Shown here: piece after piece, positions 38,461-47,441 of the stretch
Layout: each line of letters opens with the position of its first letter
How positions within the stretch are numbered: position 1 is the stretch's first letter
Assembly: GCA_963705105.1 (NCBI GenBank)
Contig: CAVPIW010000011.1
Location: 1-64,000 of the forward strand
Direction: 5' to 3'
From: an uncultured Nitrospiraceae bacterium
Lineage (GTDB): Bacteria > Nitrospirota > Thermodesulfovibrionia > Thermodesulfovibrionales > Dissulfurispiraceae
DNA length: 64,000 nt
Made by a program: the position numbers and the translations under genes
The notes under the pieces: generated by a model
Database searches by the model: none
What the model saw: only the letters and a program-made list of their open reading frames with translations
What the model was told of the DNA's origin: nothing

Positions 38461-40287
38461 ATGTGCGGAATTATCGGATATATCGGTAGCCGGAACGCCA
38501 TCCCGATCGTGATGGACGGATTGAAGCGCCTCGAATACAGGGGGTATGACTCCGCGGGCATCGCCTATGTGGACGGTGACAGGATCGACGTCAGGCGCTG
38601 CAAGGGAAAGATCCAGGCCCTCGACAACCTCATCGCCCCTCTGAATGTCTCGAGCACCGTCGCCATCGGGCACACCCGGTGGGCGACCCACGGAAAGCCG
38701 TCCGACGAGAACGCCCATCCCCACCGGTCCGGCCCGATCGTCGTCGTCCATAACGGGATTATCGAAAACTACGTCGAACTGAAGCACAAACTCCAGAAGG
38801 AGGGCTTCACCTTCACGTCCGAGACGGATACAGAGGTGCTCTGTCACCTGATCCACAAGTATGCCGATTCGCAGCCCCTTGACGAGGCCGTCAGGACCGC
38901 CCTCAGGGAGGTGAAGGGCGCATACGCCTTCGCCGTGATCAACGAGAACGAACCCGACAAGATCATCGCCGTCAGGAAGGAGAGCCCCCTTGTCCTCGGG
39001 CTCGGTGACGGCGAGTTTTTCCTCGCCTCCGACGTCCCCGCCTTCCTCAGCCATTCCAAGGAGGTCATCTTCCTTGACAACAATGAAATGGCGATCCTGC
39101 ACAGTGACGGCATCATCATCACCGATTTCGATGGAAACCTCCTCCAGAAATCCGTTGTCACCATCTCGTGGAGCCCGTCGATGGCTGAAAAGGGGGGATA
39201 CCGCCATTTCATGCTCAAGGAGATCTACGAGCAGCCCCGGTCGATCGCCGACACGATACGGGGACGGGTGTTCGCCGAGGCGGGAGATGTCGTCCTGGAA
39301 GAGTTCGGCCTCAACGCCGACACGATAAAAGCCGTCGAAAAGGTCTTCATCGTCGCCTGCGGCACATCCTATCACGCGGGGATGGTCGGGAAGTACATGA
39401 TCGAGGAACTCGCCCGGATTCCCGTGGAGGTGGACATCGCCTCGGAGTTCCGGTACCGCGACCCGATTTTGAGCGACCGGGCCCTTTTCGTGGTCATAAC
39501 ACAATCCGGCGAGACCGCCGACACCCTCGCCGCCCTCAGGGAGGCGAAACGCCTCGGCGCCGGAGGTCTCAGCATCTGCAACGTCATCGGCAGCACCGCA
39601 TCCCGCGAGTCGGACTTCGTCTTCTACACCCATTCGGGACCCGAAATCGGCGTTGCGTCGACGAAGGCCTTCACGGCCCAGATCGTGGCCCTCTACCTGC
39701 TGGCGATCTCCCTCGCCAAAGTGCGGGGGAATATTTCCGACACCAGGTCGTCGGAACTCATCGAAGACCTGCTGTCGCTCCCTGCAAAGGTGGAAGACGC
39801 TCTGGAGCGGGACGGCGAAATCCGCAAAATTGCGAAGGACCTCTTCAAGACAAGCGACTTTCTATACCTCGGCAGGGGTGTCCTGTATCCCATCGCCCTG
39901 GAGGGCGCCCTCAAGCTGAAGGAGATCTCGTACATCCACGCCGAGGGCTACCCTGCCGGCGAAATGAAACACGGCCCCATCGCCCTGATCGACGAGGATC
40001 TGCCCGTTGTCGTTCTCCTGCCCTCGGGCAGGCTCCATGACAAGGTGCTGTCCAACATGGAGGAGGTCAAGAGCAGGGGCGGCACGATCATCACCATCTC
40101 TTCGAAAGAGACCGAGGCGATCAGGAAGCTTTCGAACTACACGGTCTGCATCGACGAGAGCAACAGCTATCTGAACGCCGTCCTGATGACGGTTCCGCTG
40201 CAGCTCCTTGCCTATCACATCGCCGTCCTGAGGGGATGCGATGTCGATCAGCCGAGAAACCTGGCAAAGAGCGTGACAGTGGAATAG
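38461..40287 (+). CDS. glmS: Glutamine-fructose-6-phosphate aminotransferase (housekeeping copy)
   Basis: MCGIIGY...PRNLAKSVTVE; in the glmU-glmS arrangement. Confidence 0.97.
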   Translation: MCGIIGYIGSRNAIPIVMDGLKRLEYRGYDSAGIAYVDGDRIDVRRCKGKIQALDNLIAPLNVSSTVAIGHTRWATHGKPSDENAHPHRSGPIVVVHNGIIENYVELKHKLQKEGFTFTSETDTEVLCHLIHKYADSQPLDEAVRTALREVKGAYAFAVINENEPDKIIAVRKESPLVLGLGDGEFFLASDVPAFLSHSKEVIFLDNNEMAILHSDGIIITDFDGNLLQKSVVTISWSPSMAEKGGYRHFMLKEIYEQPRSIADTIRGRVFAEAGDVVLEEFGLNADTIKAVEKVFIVACGTSYHAGMVGKYMIEELARIPVEVDIASEFRYRDPILSDRALFVVITQSGETADTLAALREAKRLGAGGLSICNVIGSTASRESDFVFYTHSGPEIGVASTKAFTAQIVALYLLAISLAKVRGNISDTRSSELIEDLLSLPAKVEDALERDGEIRKIAKDLFKTSDFLYLGRGVLYPIALEGALKLKEISYIHAEGYPAGEMKHGPIALIDEDLPVVVLLPSGRLHDKVLSNMEEVKSRGGTIITISSKETEAIRKLSNYTVCIDESNSYLNAVLMTVPLQLLAYHIAVLRGCDVDQPRNLAKSVTVE

Positions 40288-40365
40288 CCCGTTCGGTCTA
40301 TCGGCGGGAGCATTAAGGCCCTTATCTTAAGTAAGGGTTTAGACTGTGAGAGTGAGGAGAGACGT

Positions 40366-42471
40366 ATGGCAAAGGAAGTCTTATTGGATGAGCTTAACAC
40401 CCAGCAACGTGAGGCGATCCTCTATTCGAAGGGACCCCTCCTCGTCCTGGCTGGAGCAGGAAGCGGTAAGACAAGGGTCATATCCCACAAGTTTGCCTAT
40501 CTCGCGAAGAAGAAAAAATTCCATCCCTCATCAATCCTGACCGTCACTTCTTCCAACAGGGCCGCCTCCGAGATGAAGGAACGCATCTGCAAGCTCGCCG
40601 ACTCAGACCTGAAGAACGCCTGGATAGGGACGTTCCATGCCCTGTGCAACAGAATCCTAAGGAAGGAGATCAAGGTCCTCGGATACCGTTCCGACTTCAC
40701 CATTTACGATGAAGACGACCAGTGCTGCCTCGTCAGAAACATTCTGAGGGATTTCAATATGTACGAGGCATTGTACAAGGGCGTGGCTTCAAGGATCAGC
40801 CTCCTGAAGGCCGCGTGCATCTCGCCGGAGGAATTCCTCGCCCAAGGCGACGGGTTCAGTTTCGATGAAAAACTGGGAAGGATTTATTTCCGGTACCAGG
40901 ACGAACTCAGGCGCTGCAACGCCCTCGACAATGACGACCTGACGATGCTGACGGCACGGTTGTTCACGGAGAACGCCAAGATCCTCCGCAAGTACTGCGA
41001 CTCCTTTCCCTATCTCCTCATAGACGATTTCCAGGACATCAATCCTTCCCAGTACCGCCTCATTCAGCTCCTGACACAGCTCCATTCATGTATCTGCGCC
41101 GCCGGGGACGACAACCAGAGCATCCTCAAAAGCAAGGGCGCCGACATCAACAACATCCTGAATTTCGAGAGGGACTTTCACCATGCCAAGGTCATCCACC
41201 TCGAACAGAACTACCGGTCCACGAAAAATATCCTGAACGCCTCGTCGTCGGTCATCGTCCGGAATGCGGAACGGAAGACGAAAGACCTCTGGACGGACAA
41301 GCTCTGCGGTGACAAGGTGTTTTTCTGCCGCCTCGGGACCGAGGAGGAGGAGGCGAAATATGTGGCCCGGACGATCAAGGACCTCTACCTGCGAAACGAT
41401 TACGATTACAGGAGCTTCGCGATCCTTTACCGTATCAATCTCCAGGCCCGGGCGCTCGAGGATGCCCTGTCGGAAGAGGGCATCCCCTATCACATGACAA
41501 GCTGCGTCAGTTTCTACCAGCGGCGGGAAATCAAGGACCTTCTTTCGTACATGAAAGTCGCCCTGAACAACAACGACAACGTCAGCCTCCGCAGGATCAT
41601 CAACTGCCCGCCGAGGGGTGTCGGCCCGTCGACGCTGACCAAAATCGAGCAGGAAGCGAAGAAGAACGATACAGGCCTCTTCCAGACCGCCAAGCTCATG
41701 CTCAAGACGAATGCCATCTCTCCGTCCCTCAAGGCAAAGCTCGGAGAACTCGTCGAGATCGTCGAGAAGCTCAAAGAGACCTCGTACAGGACAGCGAGTG
41801 ACATGCTCAAGGATATCATCGAGAAGACGGCCTATCTCGATGAAGTCGAGGACGACCGGCTGCAGAACATCCTGGAACTCGTCGCCTCGGCGGAAAACGT
41901 CTCCGTCAATGAATTCTCCGATCGCGTCTCTCTCTCCATGCCGACAGACGACCCGGCAAAGGGACACGCCGTCTCGCTCATGCCCCTTCATTGCGCCAAG
42001 GGAGCCGAATTTCCCGTCGTGTTCATCACCGGGCTTGAAGAGGGCATCCTCCCCTATTTCAAGGCGGTCAGGGATGATACGGACGTCCAGGAAGAGCGGA
42101 GGCTCTTCTACGTCGGGATGACGAGGGCAAGGGATGTCCTCTGCCTCACAAGCGTCAGGAAAAGAAAGCTCTATTCCAGGGTCCAGGAGCAAGAACTGTC
42201 GCAGTTCCTCTCCGATATCCCGAAAGAGTGCTGCAACTGGGTGGAACGTGTCTGCAGGCTTTCCGAGGGAAAGACAGACACAGTGAAGTCCCTCCCGAAA
42301 AAGCCCGCGTCATTCTATGTCGTGGGATGCCGGGTGAAACATCCTTCCTGGGGCATCGGCGTCGTTCGGGACTGCTGTGGTGAGGGCGACGACGTCAAGG
42401 TGACCGTCAACTTTCCGACCGTCGGCCTGAAGAGGCTCGCGACGCGTTTTGCGAACCTCGTGAAGGTGTAG
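40366..42471 (+). CDS. pcrA: UvrD/PcrA-family SF1 helicase with atypical motifs
   Basis: LAGAGSGKT, LEQNYRST, EERRLFYVGMTRA and C-terminal Tudor-like RVKHPSWGIG; motifs Ia, II, III and V deviate. Confidence 0.85.
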   Translation: MAKEVLLDELNTQQREAILYSKGPLLVLAGAGSGKTRVISHKFAYLAKKKKFHPSSILTVTSSNRAASEMKERICKLADSDLKNAWIGTFHALCNRILRKEIKVLGYRSDFTIYDEDDQCCLVRNILRDFNMYEALYKGVASRISLLKAACISPEEFLAQGDGFSFDEKLGRIYFRYQDELRRCNALDNDDLTMLTARLFTENAKILRKYCDSFPYLLIDDFQDINPSQYRLIQLLTQLHSCICAAGDDNQSILKSKGADINNILNFERDFHHAKVIHLEQNYRSTKNILNASSSVIVRNAERKTKDLWTDKLCGDKVFFCRLGTEEEEAKYVARTIKDLYLRNDYDYRSFAILYRINLQARALEDALSEEGIPYHMTSCVSFYQRREIKDLLSYMKVALNNNDNVSLRRIINCPPRGVGPSTLTKIEQEAKKNDTGLFQTAKLMLKTNAISPSLKAKLGELVEIVEKLKETSYRTASDMLKDIIEKTAYLDEVEDDRLQNILELVASAENVSVNEFSDRVSLSMPTDDPAKGHAVSLMPLHCAKGAEFPVVFITGLEEGILPYFKAVRDDTDVQEERRLFYVGMTRARDVLCLTSVRKRKLYSRVQEQELSQFLSDIPKECCNWVERVCRLSEGKTDTVKSLPKKPASFYVVGCRVKHPSWGIGVVRDCCGEGDDVKVTVNFPTVGLKRLATRFANLVKV

Positions 42472-42473
42472 CG

Positions 42474-42761
42474 ATGAAGATCACGAGGGAGGAGGTCTTT
42501 CATATCAGTCAGCTTTCGAGGCTTCAGCTCTCGGAAGGAGAGATCGACGCCTTCGAAGGCCAGTTAAACACGATCCTCGAATACGTCGGTCAGCTGAACG
42601 GCCTGGACACGGCGGGCGTCGAGCCTACATCCCATGTGCTGCCTCTCAGCAACGTCATGAGGGACGACGAGGTCAGTGCGTCCCTTCCCGTAGGGGAGGC
42701 GCTGAAAAACAGCCCCGACGCGACGGAGAGATTCTACAGGGTGCCGAAGATCATCGAGTGA
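42474..42761 (+). CDS. gatC: Asp/Glu-tRNA amidotransferase subunit C
   Basis: ITREEVFHISQLSRL, DTAGVEPTSH, MRDD, YRVPKIIE. Confidence 0.95.
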   Translation: MKITREEVFHISQLSRLQLSEGEIDAFEGQLNTILEYVGQLNGLDTAGVEPTSHVLPLSNVMRDDEVSASLPVGEALKNSPDATERFYRVPKIIE

Positions 42762-42861
42762 CGCAGACATCAACGCCGGACGGCGGCGATATTTTTGATA
42801 ATTTCTTCGAAATTGGTATAATATTGATCGACTGATTTCACCGGACAAGGAAGACCAATAC

Positions 42862-43215
42862 ATGTTCAGATGTTTCTTGAGATCGAAAATACACATGGCC
42901 ACCGTCACGGAGTCTAACCTGAACTATGAGGGGAGCATCACCATCGATCAGGACCTCATGGACATGGTCGGGATGTTGCCTTTTGAGCAGGTCATGATCA
43001 GCAACATGAACAACGGTGAGCGCTTCGAAACATACGCAATACCCGGCAAGCGGGGCGCCCGCGAGTTCTGCCTCAACGGTCCCACGGCACGCAAAGGGGC
43101 TGTCGGCGACCGCATCATCATCTTCGCCTATTGCTATCTTTCAGACGAGGAAATGATGAAGGGATTCAAACCCAAGATCATCAAAATGGGAAAGCACAAC
43201 TCCCTGCCCAAGTAA
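42862..43215 (+). CDS. panD: Aspartate 1-decarboxylase
   Basis: SKIHMATVT, YEGSITID, NGERFETY, CLNGPTAR. Confidence 0.95.
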   Translation: MFRCFLRSKIHMATVTESNLNYEGSITIDQDLMDMVGMLPFEQVMISNMNNGERFETYAIPGKRGAREFCLNGPTARKGAVGDRIIIFAYCYLSDEEMMKGFKPKIIKMGKHNSLPK

Positions 43216-43252
43216 GCCCCGGCAGTTCCCGCCTCCCGGTCCCTCCGGCAGT

Positions 43253-43510
43253 AACCCCTGCAGTTGTATGAAAAGGCGCGGCGAGGGCGCCTCAACGCCT
43301 TGCTGAAAACCTTACCGTTGGCATACACTCCCGCGAAAGGCGGGGTGTATGCGCCGAAAACCTTGCTGCGGCGACACCGTAACCCTCACAGAAGACAACC
43401 TTTCAAGCCAATGGTCGAAAAAAGTGAGCCTTTTCCCCGGCACTCACACTGACACTCACACTGTCTTTCAGAGCGCTTCGCCCCGCCTTTCTATGCAACG
43501 ACACGGTGAC
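43253..43510. repeat. Reversed half element B (43253-43305) back-to-back with a complete B (43308-43510)
   Basis: taacccctgcagttgtatgaaaaggcg...; aaccttaccgttggcatacactcccgcgaaaggcgggg...gcgcttcgccccgcctttctatgcaac. Confidence 0.85.
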
Positions 43511-43599
43511 GTCGACGATGAGGCAGCCAATTTTTTTGTTGAATCCCGCGACGTCATGTGATATATGTTGATATATAGCATGTGACGAAGGAGGCACCT

Positions 43600-45312
43600 A
43601 TGTCCTGCAGAGGGATCATGTCTTTTCTCGTGAGAGGTCTTTTCCTTGTTTGTCTTGCCATATTGTTCACATTCCGGCAGTCGGAGGCGGCGATTCTGAC
43701 CTACCCGGGGTCTCCGCCCTGCAATTCGACCCTGCAGGCATGCATTGACGGGGCAGGCACGGGGGACACCGTGGATATCGGGACGAATGAGGCTATCGAG
43801 GAGCACCTCGATATAACAAGAAGCATTGTCCTCAAAGCGGCGGCGGGTTTCAAACCCGTCATCGGGGGTCAGACAGGAGGCATCATCCGATTCCGGGGAC
43901 CTGATGGGGCGGATAATTCCTTTACTTTCCAGGGGATTACCGTGCGGGATGGGAATATCGATATAACGCATAGCAGCACCGGCACGCTGACAGTTATTGT
44001 CTCTGATAATGACCTTCTCGTTTTCACCGGGACACAGCAATCGGGCATCTCGATCAGCGACTACTGCTATAACAATACCAGCACCCGCTGTGGAGACCTC
44101 TTCTTCCTCGTATCGGGCAACAGGATGACTGTCCCGCCGAGCACGGGTCAGGCCGAGGGCATTTCGGTGTCGTCGACGGGAAGCGGGCACGCGACAGGGG
44201 CCATTCAAAATAACGACATACTCATGGGGGGAAATCATCAGGGCGCAGCCATCGACGTTTACAACGGCGGCACCATCCTCGCCGTTGACGTTTCAGGAAA
44301 TACTGCCTCGGGAACGAATTACAATAACGGTATCAGCCTCTTCCAGACGTCCGCCGGCGCATCGACCACAGCGAGGATCACGAACAACCTTGTGACAGGA
44401 CAGAACGGGAATGTCGGGAACTCGGGCGCTATCGCGGTCTACGGCAGCAACGGAGAACTGGATGTCGCCGTGATGAACAACACTATGGCGGGAAACAGAG
44501 ACGGCATCAGTGTAGGGGCAAGACACGATCAGGGCGCGATAGTACGTGCGAGAGTCGCCAACAACATCATAGCGAACAGCGCCGAAACGGGGCTGAGCCT
44601 GGACTCCGATTTCGTCCGGACCATCGACAACAGATACAACCTCGTCTTCGGTAACAAGTTGAATGTTTACGTGCCGGGGCCGGGCACCGTCACCTCTGAC
44701 CCAATGTTCGTGGGAAACGGCAATTACCGGCTCAGGCCCGACTCGCCGGCAGTGAACAAGGGGCTGAATACGCCTGTTGACGGTATTCCTTCCACCGACC
44801 TCGACGGCCTCAGCCGCATTTTCGGGGGGACTGTCGACATCGGCGCCTACGAGTATGCGATCATGACGGCCCCTGAAAACCAGCAGTATCACACGTACTC
44901 TGCATCGGCATCGCCCGTGAGGAGCCCTGCCCCTGCTCATGCCCGGCCGCTCGGCATCGGTCCCTTCGCCGCCGGCGGGTCGGACATCCGGCTTTCCGTC
45001 GACGTCGGTCCGCTCAGCAATCCCGTCGATGTGTATATCGCTGCGGCTTACCTCGGGATTGCGGCGCCGCCGCAACCGGACATCTTCATCCTGAGACCGG
45101 ACAACACTTTCCAGAATTCATCGGTGGGAGTCGTCCCATGGAAGACAGGGATCACGGAAGCCGTCGAAGCGCTCACGGGAAACATCCCGATTGCGTCGCT
45201 TCCGTCCGGTTTCTACCGCTTCTATGTTGCCGTTACTCCGGTCGACTCAACAAGCGCTTACTATATCTGGGAAACGGGTTTCTTCATCCCGTTCTTCATC
45301 ATTATTCAGTAG
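43600..45312 (+). CDS. Secreted beta-helix protein with choice-of-anchor-Q-like motif and shared C-terminal domain
   Basis: Signal peptide, TLQACID, Asn-rich parallel beta-helix repeats, YRLRPDSPAVNKG...DLDG..R..GGTVDIGAYE, ~140-aa CTD. Confidence 0.8.
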   Translation: MSCRGIMSFLVRGLFLVCLAILFTFRQSEAAILTYPGSPPCNSTLQACIDGAGTGDTVDIGTNEAIEEHLDITRSIVLKAAAGFKPVIGGQTGGIIRFRGPDGADNSFTFQGITVRDGNIDITHSSTGTLTVIVSDNDLLVFTGTQQSGISISDYCYNNTSTRCGDLFFLVSGNRMTVPPSTGQAEGISVSSTGSGHATGAIQNNDILMGGNHQGAAIDVYNGGTILAVDVSGNTASGTNYNNGISLFQTSAGASTTARITNNLVTGQNGNVGNSGAIAVYGSNGELDVAVMNNTMAGNRDGISVGARHDQGAIVRARVANNIIANSAETGLSLDSDFVRTIDNRYNLVFGNKLNVYVPGPGTVTSDPMFVGNGNYRLRPDSPAVNKGLNTPVDGIPSTDLDGLSRIFGGTVDIGAYEYAIMTAPENQQYHTYSASASPVRSPAPAHARPLGIGPFAAGGSDIRLSVDVGPLSNPVDVYIAAAYLGIAAPPQPDIFILRPDNTFQNSSVGVVPWKTGITEAVEALTGNIPIASLPSGFYRFYVAVTPVDSTSAYYIWETGFFIPFFIIIQ

Positions 45313-45380
45313 CCCGGCAGTGTTTCCCGCGGCGAACTTTAAAGACGCCCTTTTTCATTGACCTGCGGAGAGGAGGAAAA

Positions 45381-47093
45381 ATGGTTCCGACAACGGCAGT
45401 CACTTCCCTGATCATTCTTCTGATTCCCTGTGTCGTCCTTGCCGCTCCGGGGGACTTCGACAGGACCTTCAATGCGCCTTCGGGGCTCGTCTTCTATGAC
45501 CCCGGCGAATCGGGCAATGCCGTGGCTGTTCAGGATGACGGAGGCATCATCGTCGCCGGCACCATCAAGAGCGGAGGGACCTCGGACGTCCTTGTCCTGC
45601 GCTACGACAGCTCCGGCGTCCTCGACGCCTCCTTCGGGTCGAAAGGCGCCGTCACGTACGGCCTTCCGGCCAGGGACGAGTCGGTGACAGCCGTCGCCGT
45701 CCAGCATGACGGCAGGATCGTCGTTGCCGGCGCAGCGCACAACGGCAGCAACAACGATGTGCTCGTTCTCCGGTATAACAGCGACGGGACACCCGACACG
45801 ACCTTCGGGACCGGAGGCGTTTTCATGTACAACGCCCCGGCAAACGGCGACGACTTTGCCAAGGCTGTGGCGCTCCAGCCGGAAAGCGGAAAGATCGTCG
45901 TTGTCGGTGGGACATATAACGGAAAAAACACCGATGTACTGGCCCTTACGTTGCACACGAACGGCACGCTGGACACGGCTTTCGGAGCGGGTGGTGCCGT
46001 CGTCTACAATGGCGCAGCCGACGGCGATGACGTGGGCGAGGCACTTGCCGTTCAGAGGGACGGAAAGATCGTCGTGGCCGGCGGCACCTTCAACGGATCG
46101 GACAATGACGTCCTGTTGCTCAGGTATACCCCGGACGGTGCGCCCGATGTGACCTTTGCCGGCGGTGACGGTGTCGCATCCTTCAATCCCTCTTCGGGGA
46201 CAAATGAAGCAGCCAAGGCTGTGTCCCTGCAGCGGGACGGAAAGATCGTCCTTGCCGGTGGCGTCGTCGTGGCGTCGTCGATCGATCTCCTGGTCCTGAG
46301 ATACAACGGAAACGGTCTTCCCGACGCGGGCTTCGGGACCGGCGGGGCCGTCATCTACGGCGGGGGAAGCACCAATGAATCGGCCAGGTCACTGTCTGTC
46401 CAGGCCGACGGAAAGATCGTTGTCGGGGGGATTGTGCAGGATACCGCCCAGGTCGACGGGATCATCATCCGGTATGACGACCATGGCGTTCCCGACCCTG
46501 CCTTCGGTTCGGCCGGTGTCGTGACCTTCGGCACCTCCCTGGGATCGAGCGATTACATCAATGCCCTTCTGATGCAGCGGGATGGGAAAATCGTCGCCAC
46601 AGGCCGCACATCTCCTCCGGCCATAGCGAGTTCCGATATTGTTGTCATGAGGGTCACCGGGCAGGAGTTCATGGAGCCGCCCACGGGCATGCAGACCTTT
46701 TCATACCCCGCAACGATGGCCCCTGTGCGGGGCGTCGACCCTGAGCTGGCCTGGCCTATCGGCACAGGCCCCTTCGTTGCCGGGGGAGACGTGGTCAATA
46801 TCCGCGTCGGTCTGACCGGGTTTTCCTCACCTGTCGACATGTACGTCATCATCTCGGCGCCGTCCCTTTCGTCGGAACTCTGGCTGATGGGCCCGGACGG
46901 CGGCCTTCAACCCGCCTCATCAGGAATCGTGAAATGGAAAGATAATACTGCAAGGCCCGTCGATACGTCGCTCTTCGGTGATATTCCGTTGCGGATTTTC
47001 CCGCCGGGGACATATCAATTTTACATGGGAGTGACGACCGCCGGCAGCCTGGACGGTATCTATCTCTGGACGACCAATTTCGTCGTACCGTAA
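45381..47093 (+). CDS. Secreted delta-60 repeat (beta-propeller) protein with shared C-terminal domain
   Basis: RBS aggagg, signal peptide, about 7 repeats of AVAVQxDGKIVVAG...VLRY..DG.LD.TFG. Confidence 0.88.
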   Translation: MVPTTAVTSLIILLIPCVVLAAPGDFDRTFNAPSGLVFYDPGESGNAVAVQDDGGIIVAGTIKSGGTSDVLVLRYDSSGVLDASFGSKGAVTYGLPARDESVTAVAVQHDGRIVVAGAAHNGSNNDVLVLRYNSDGTPDTTFGTGGVFMYNAPANGDDFAKAVALQPESGKIVVVGGTYNGKNTDVLALTLHTNGTLDTAFGAGGAVVYNGAADGDDVGEALAVQRDGKIVVAGGTFNGSDNDVLLLRYTPDGAPDVTFAGGDGVASFNPSSGTNEAAKAVSLQRDGKIVLAGGVVVASSIDLLVLRYNGNGLPDAGFGTGGAVIYGGGSTNESARSLSVQADGKIVVGGIVQDTAQVDGIIIRYDDHGVPDPAFGSAGVVTFGTSLGSSDYINALLMQRDGKIVATGRTSPPAIASSDIVVMRVTGQEFMEPPTGMQTFSYPATMAPVRGVDPELAWPIGTGPFVAGGDVVNIRVGLTGFSSPVDMYVIISAPSLSSELWLMGPDGGLQPASSGIVKWKDNTARPVDTSLFGDIPLRIFPPGTYQFYMGVTTAGSLDGIYLWTTNFVVP

Positions 47094-47441
47094 ACAGGCA
47101 TTGGACCATTGGTGTCCGGATTAATCTGGAACAGGATAGGCGATCCCGGATTTGAACGTCCCCTGGTGCCCGCGATACTCCGGGCACGGGCCAGGCTATG
47201 GAACGGCGGGAACGTTATTTTCCTGTTGACAACCACGGTTTTGCCGGTTATACATGAGGTAAGAAGCGGGAGGCTGCTCCATGTTGCCGAGAAGGGAGGA
47301 CAATGTGTTCGGTATTATCGGATAGTGTGTTTTGGAAAGGCAAGGGTGTCTTGCATGATTGTCATTTGGCAGGGGCAGACCCCAAAGCGCTAAGCCTTGA
47401 TCATCCGACGCAGGCCGGAAGAAGCACGAGGAGGGAGGAAG

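Noticed and set aside
37414..39633. Long antisense ORFs (for example 739 aa here, 20218-21519, 56375-57784, 61177-62436, 20-625)
   Set aside because: They are shadow frames opposite well-supported genes in high-GC DNA.
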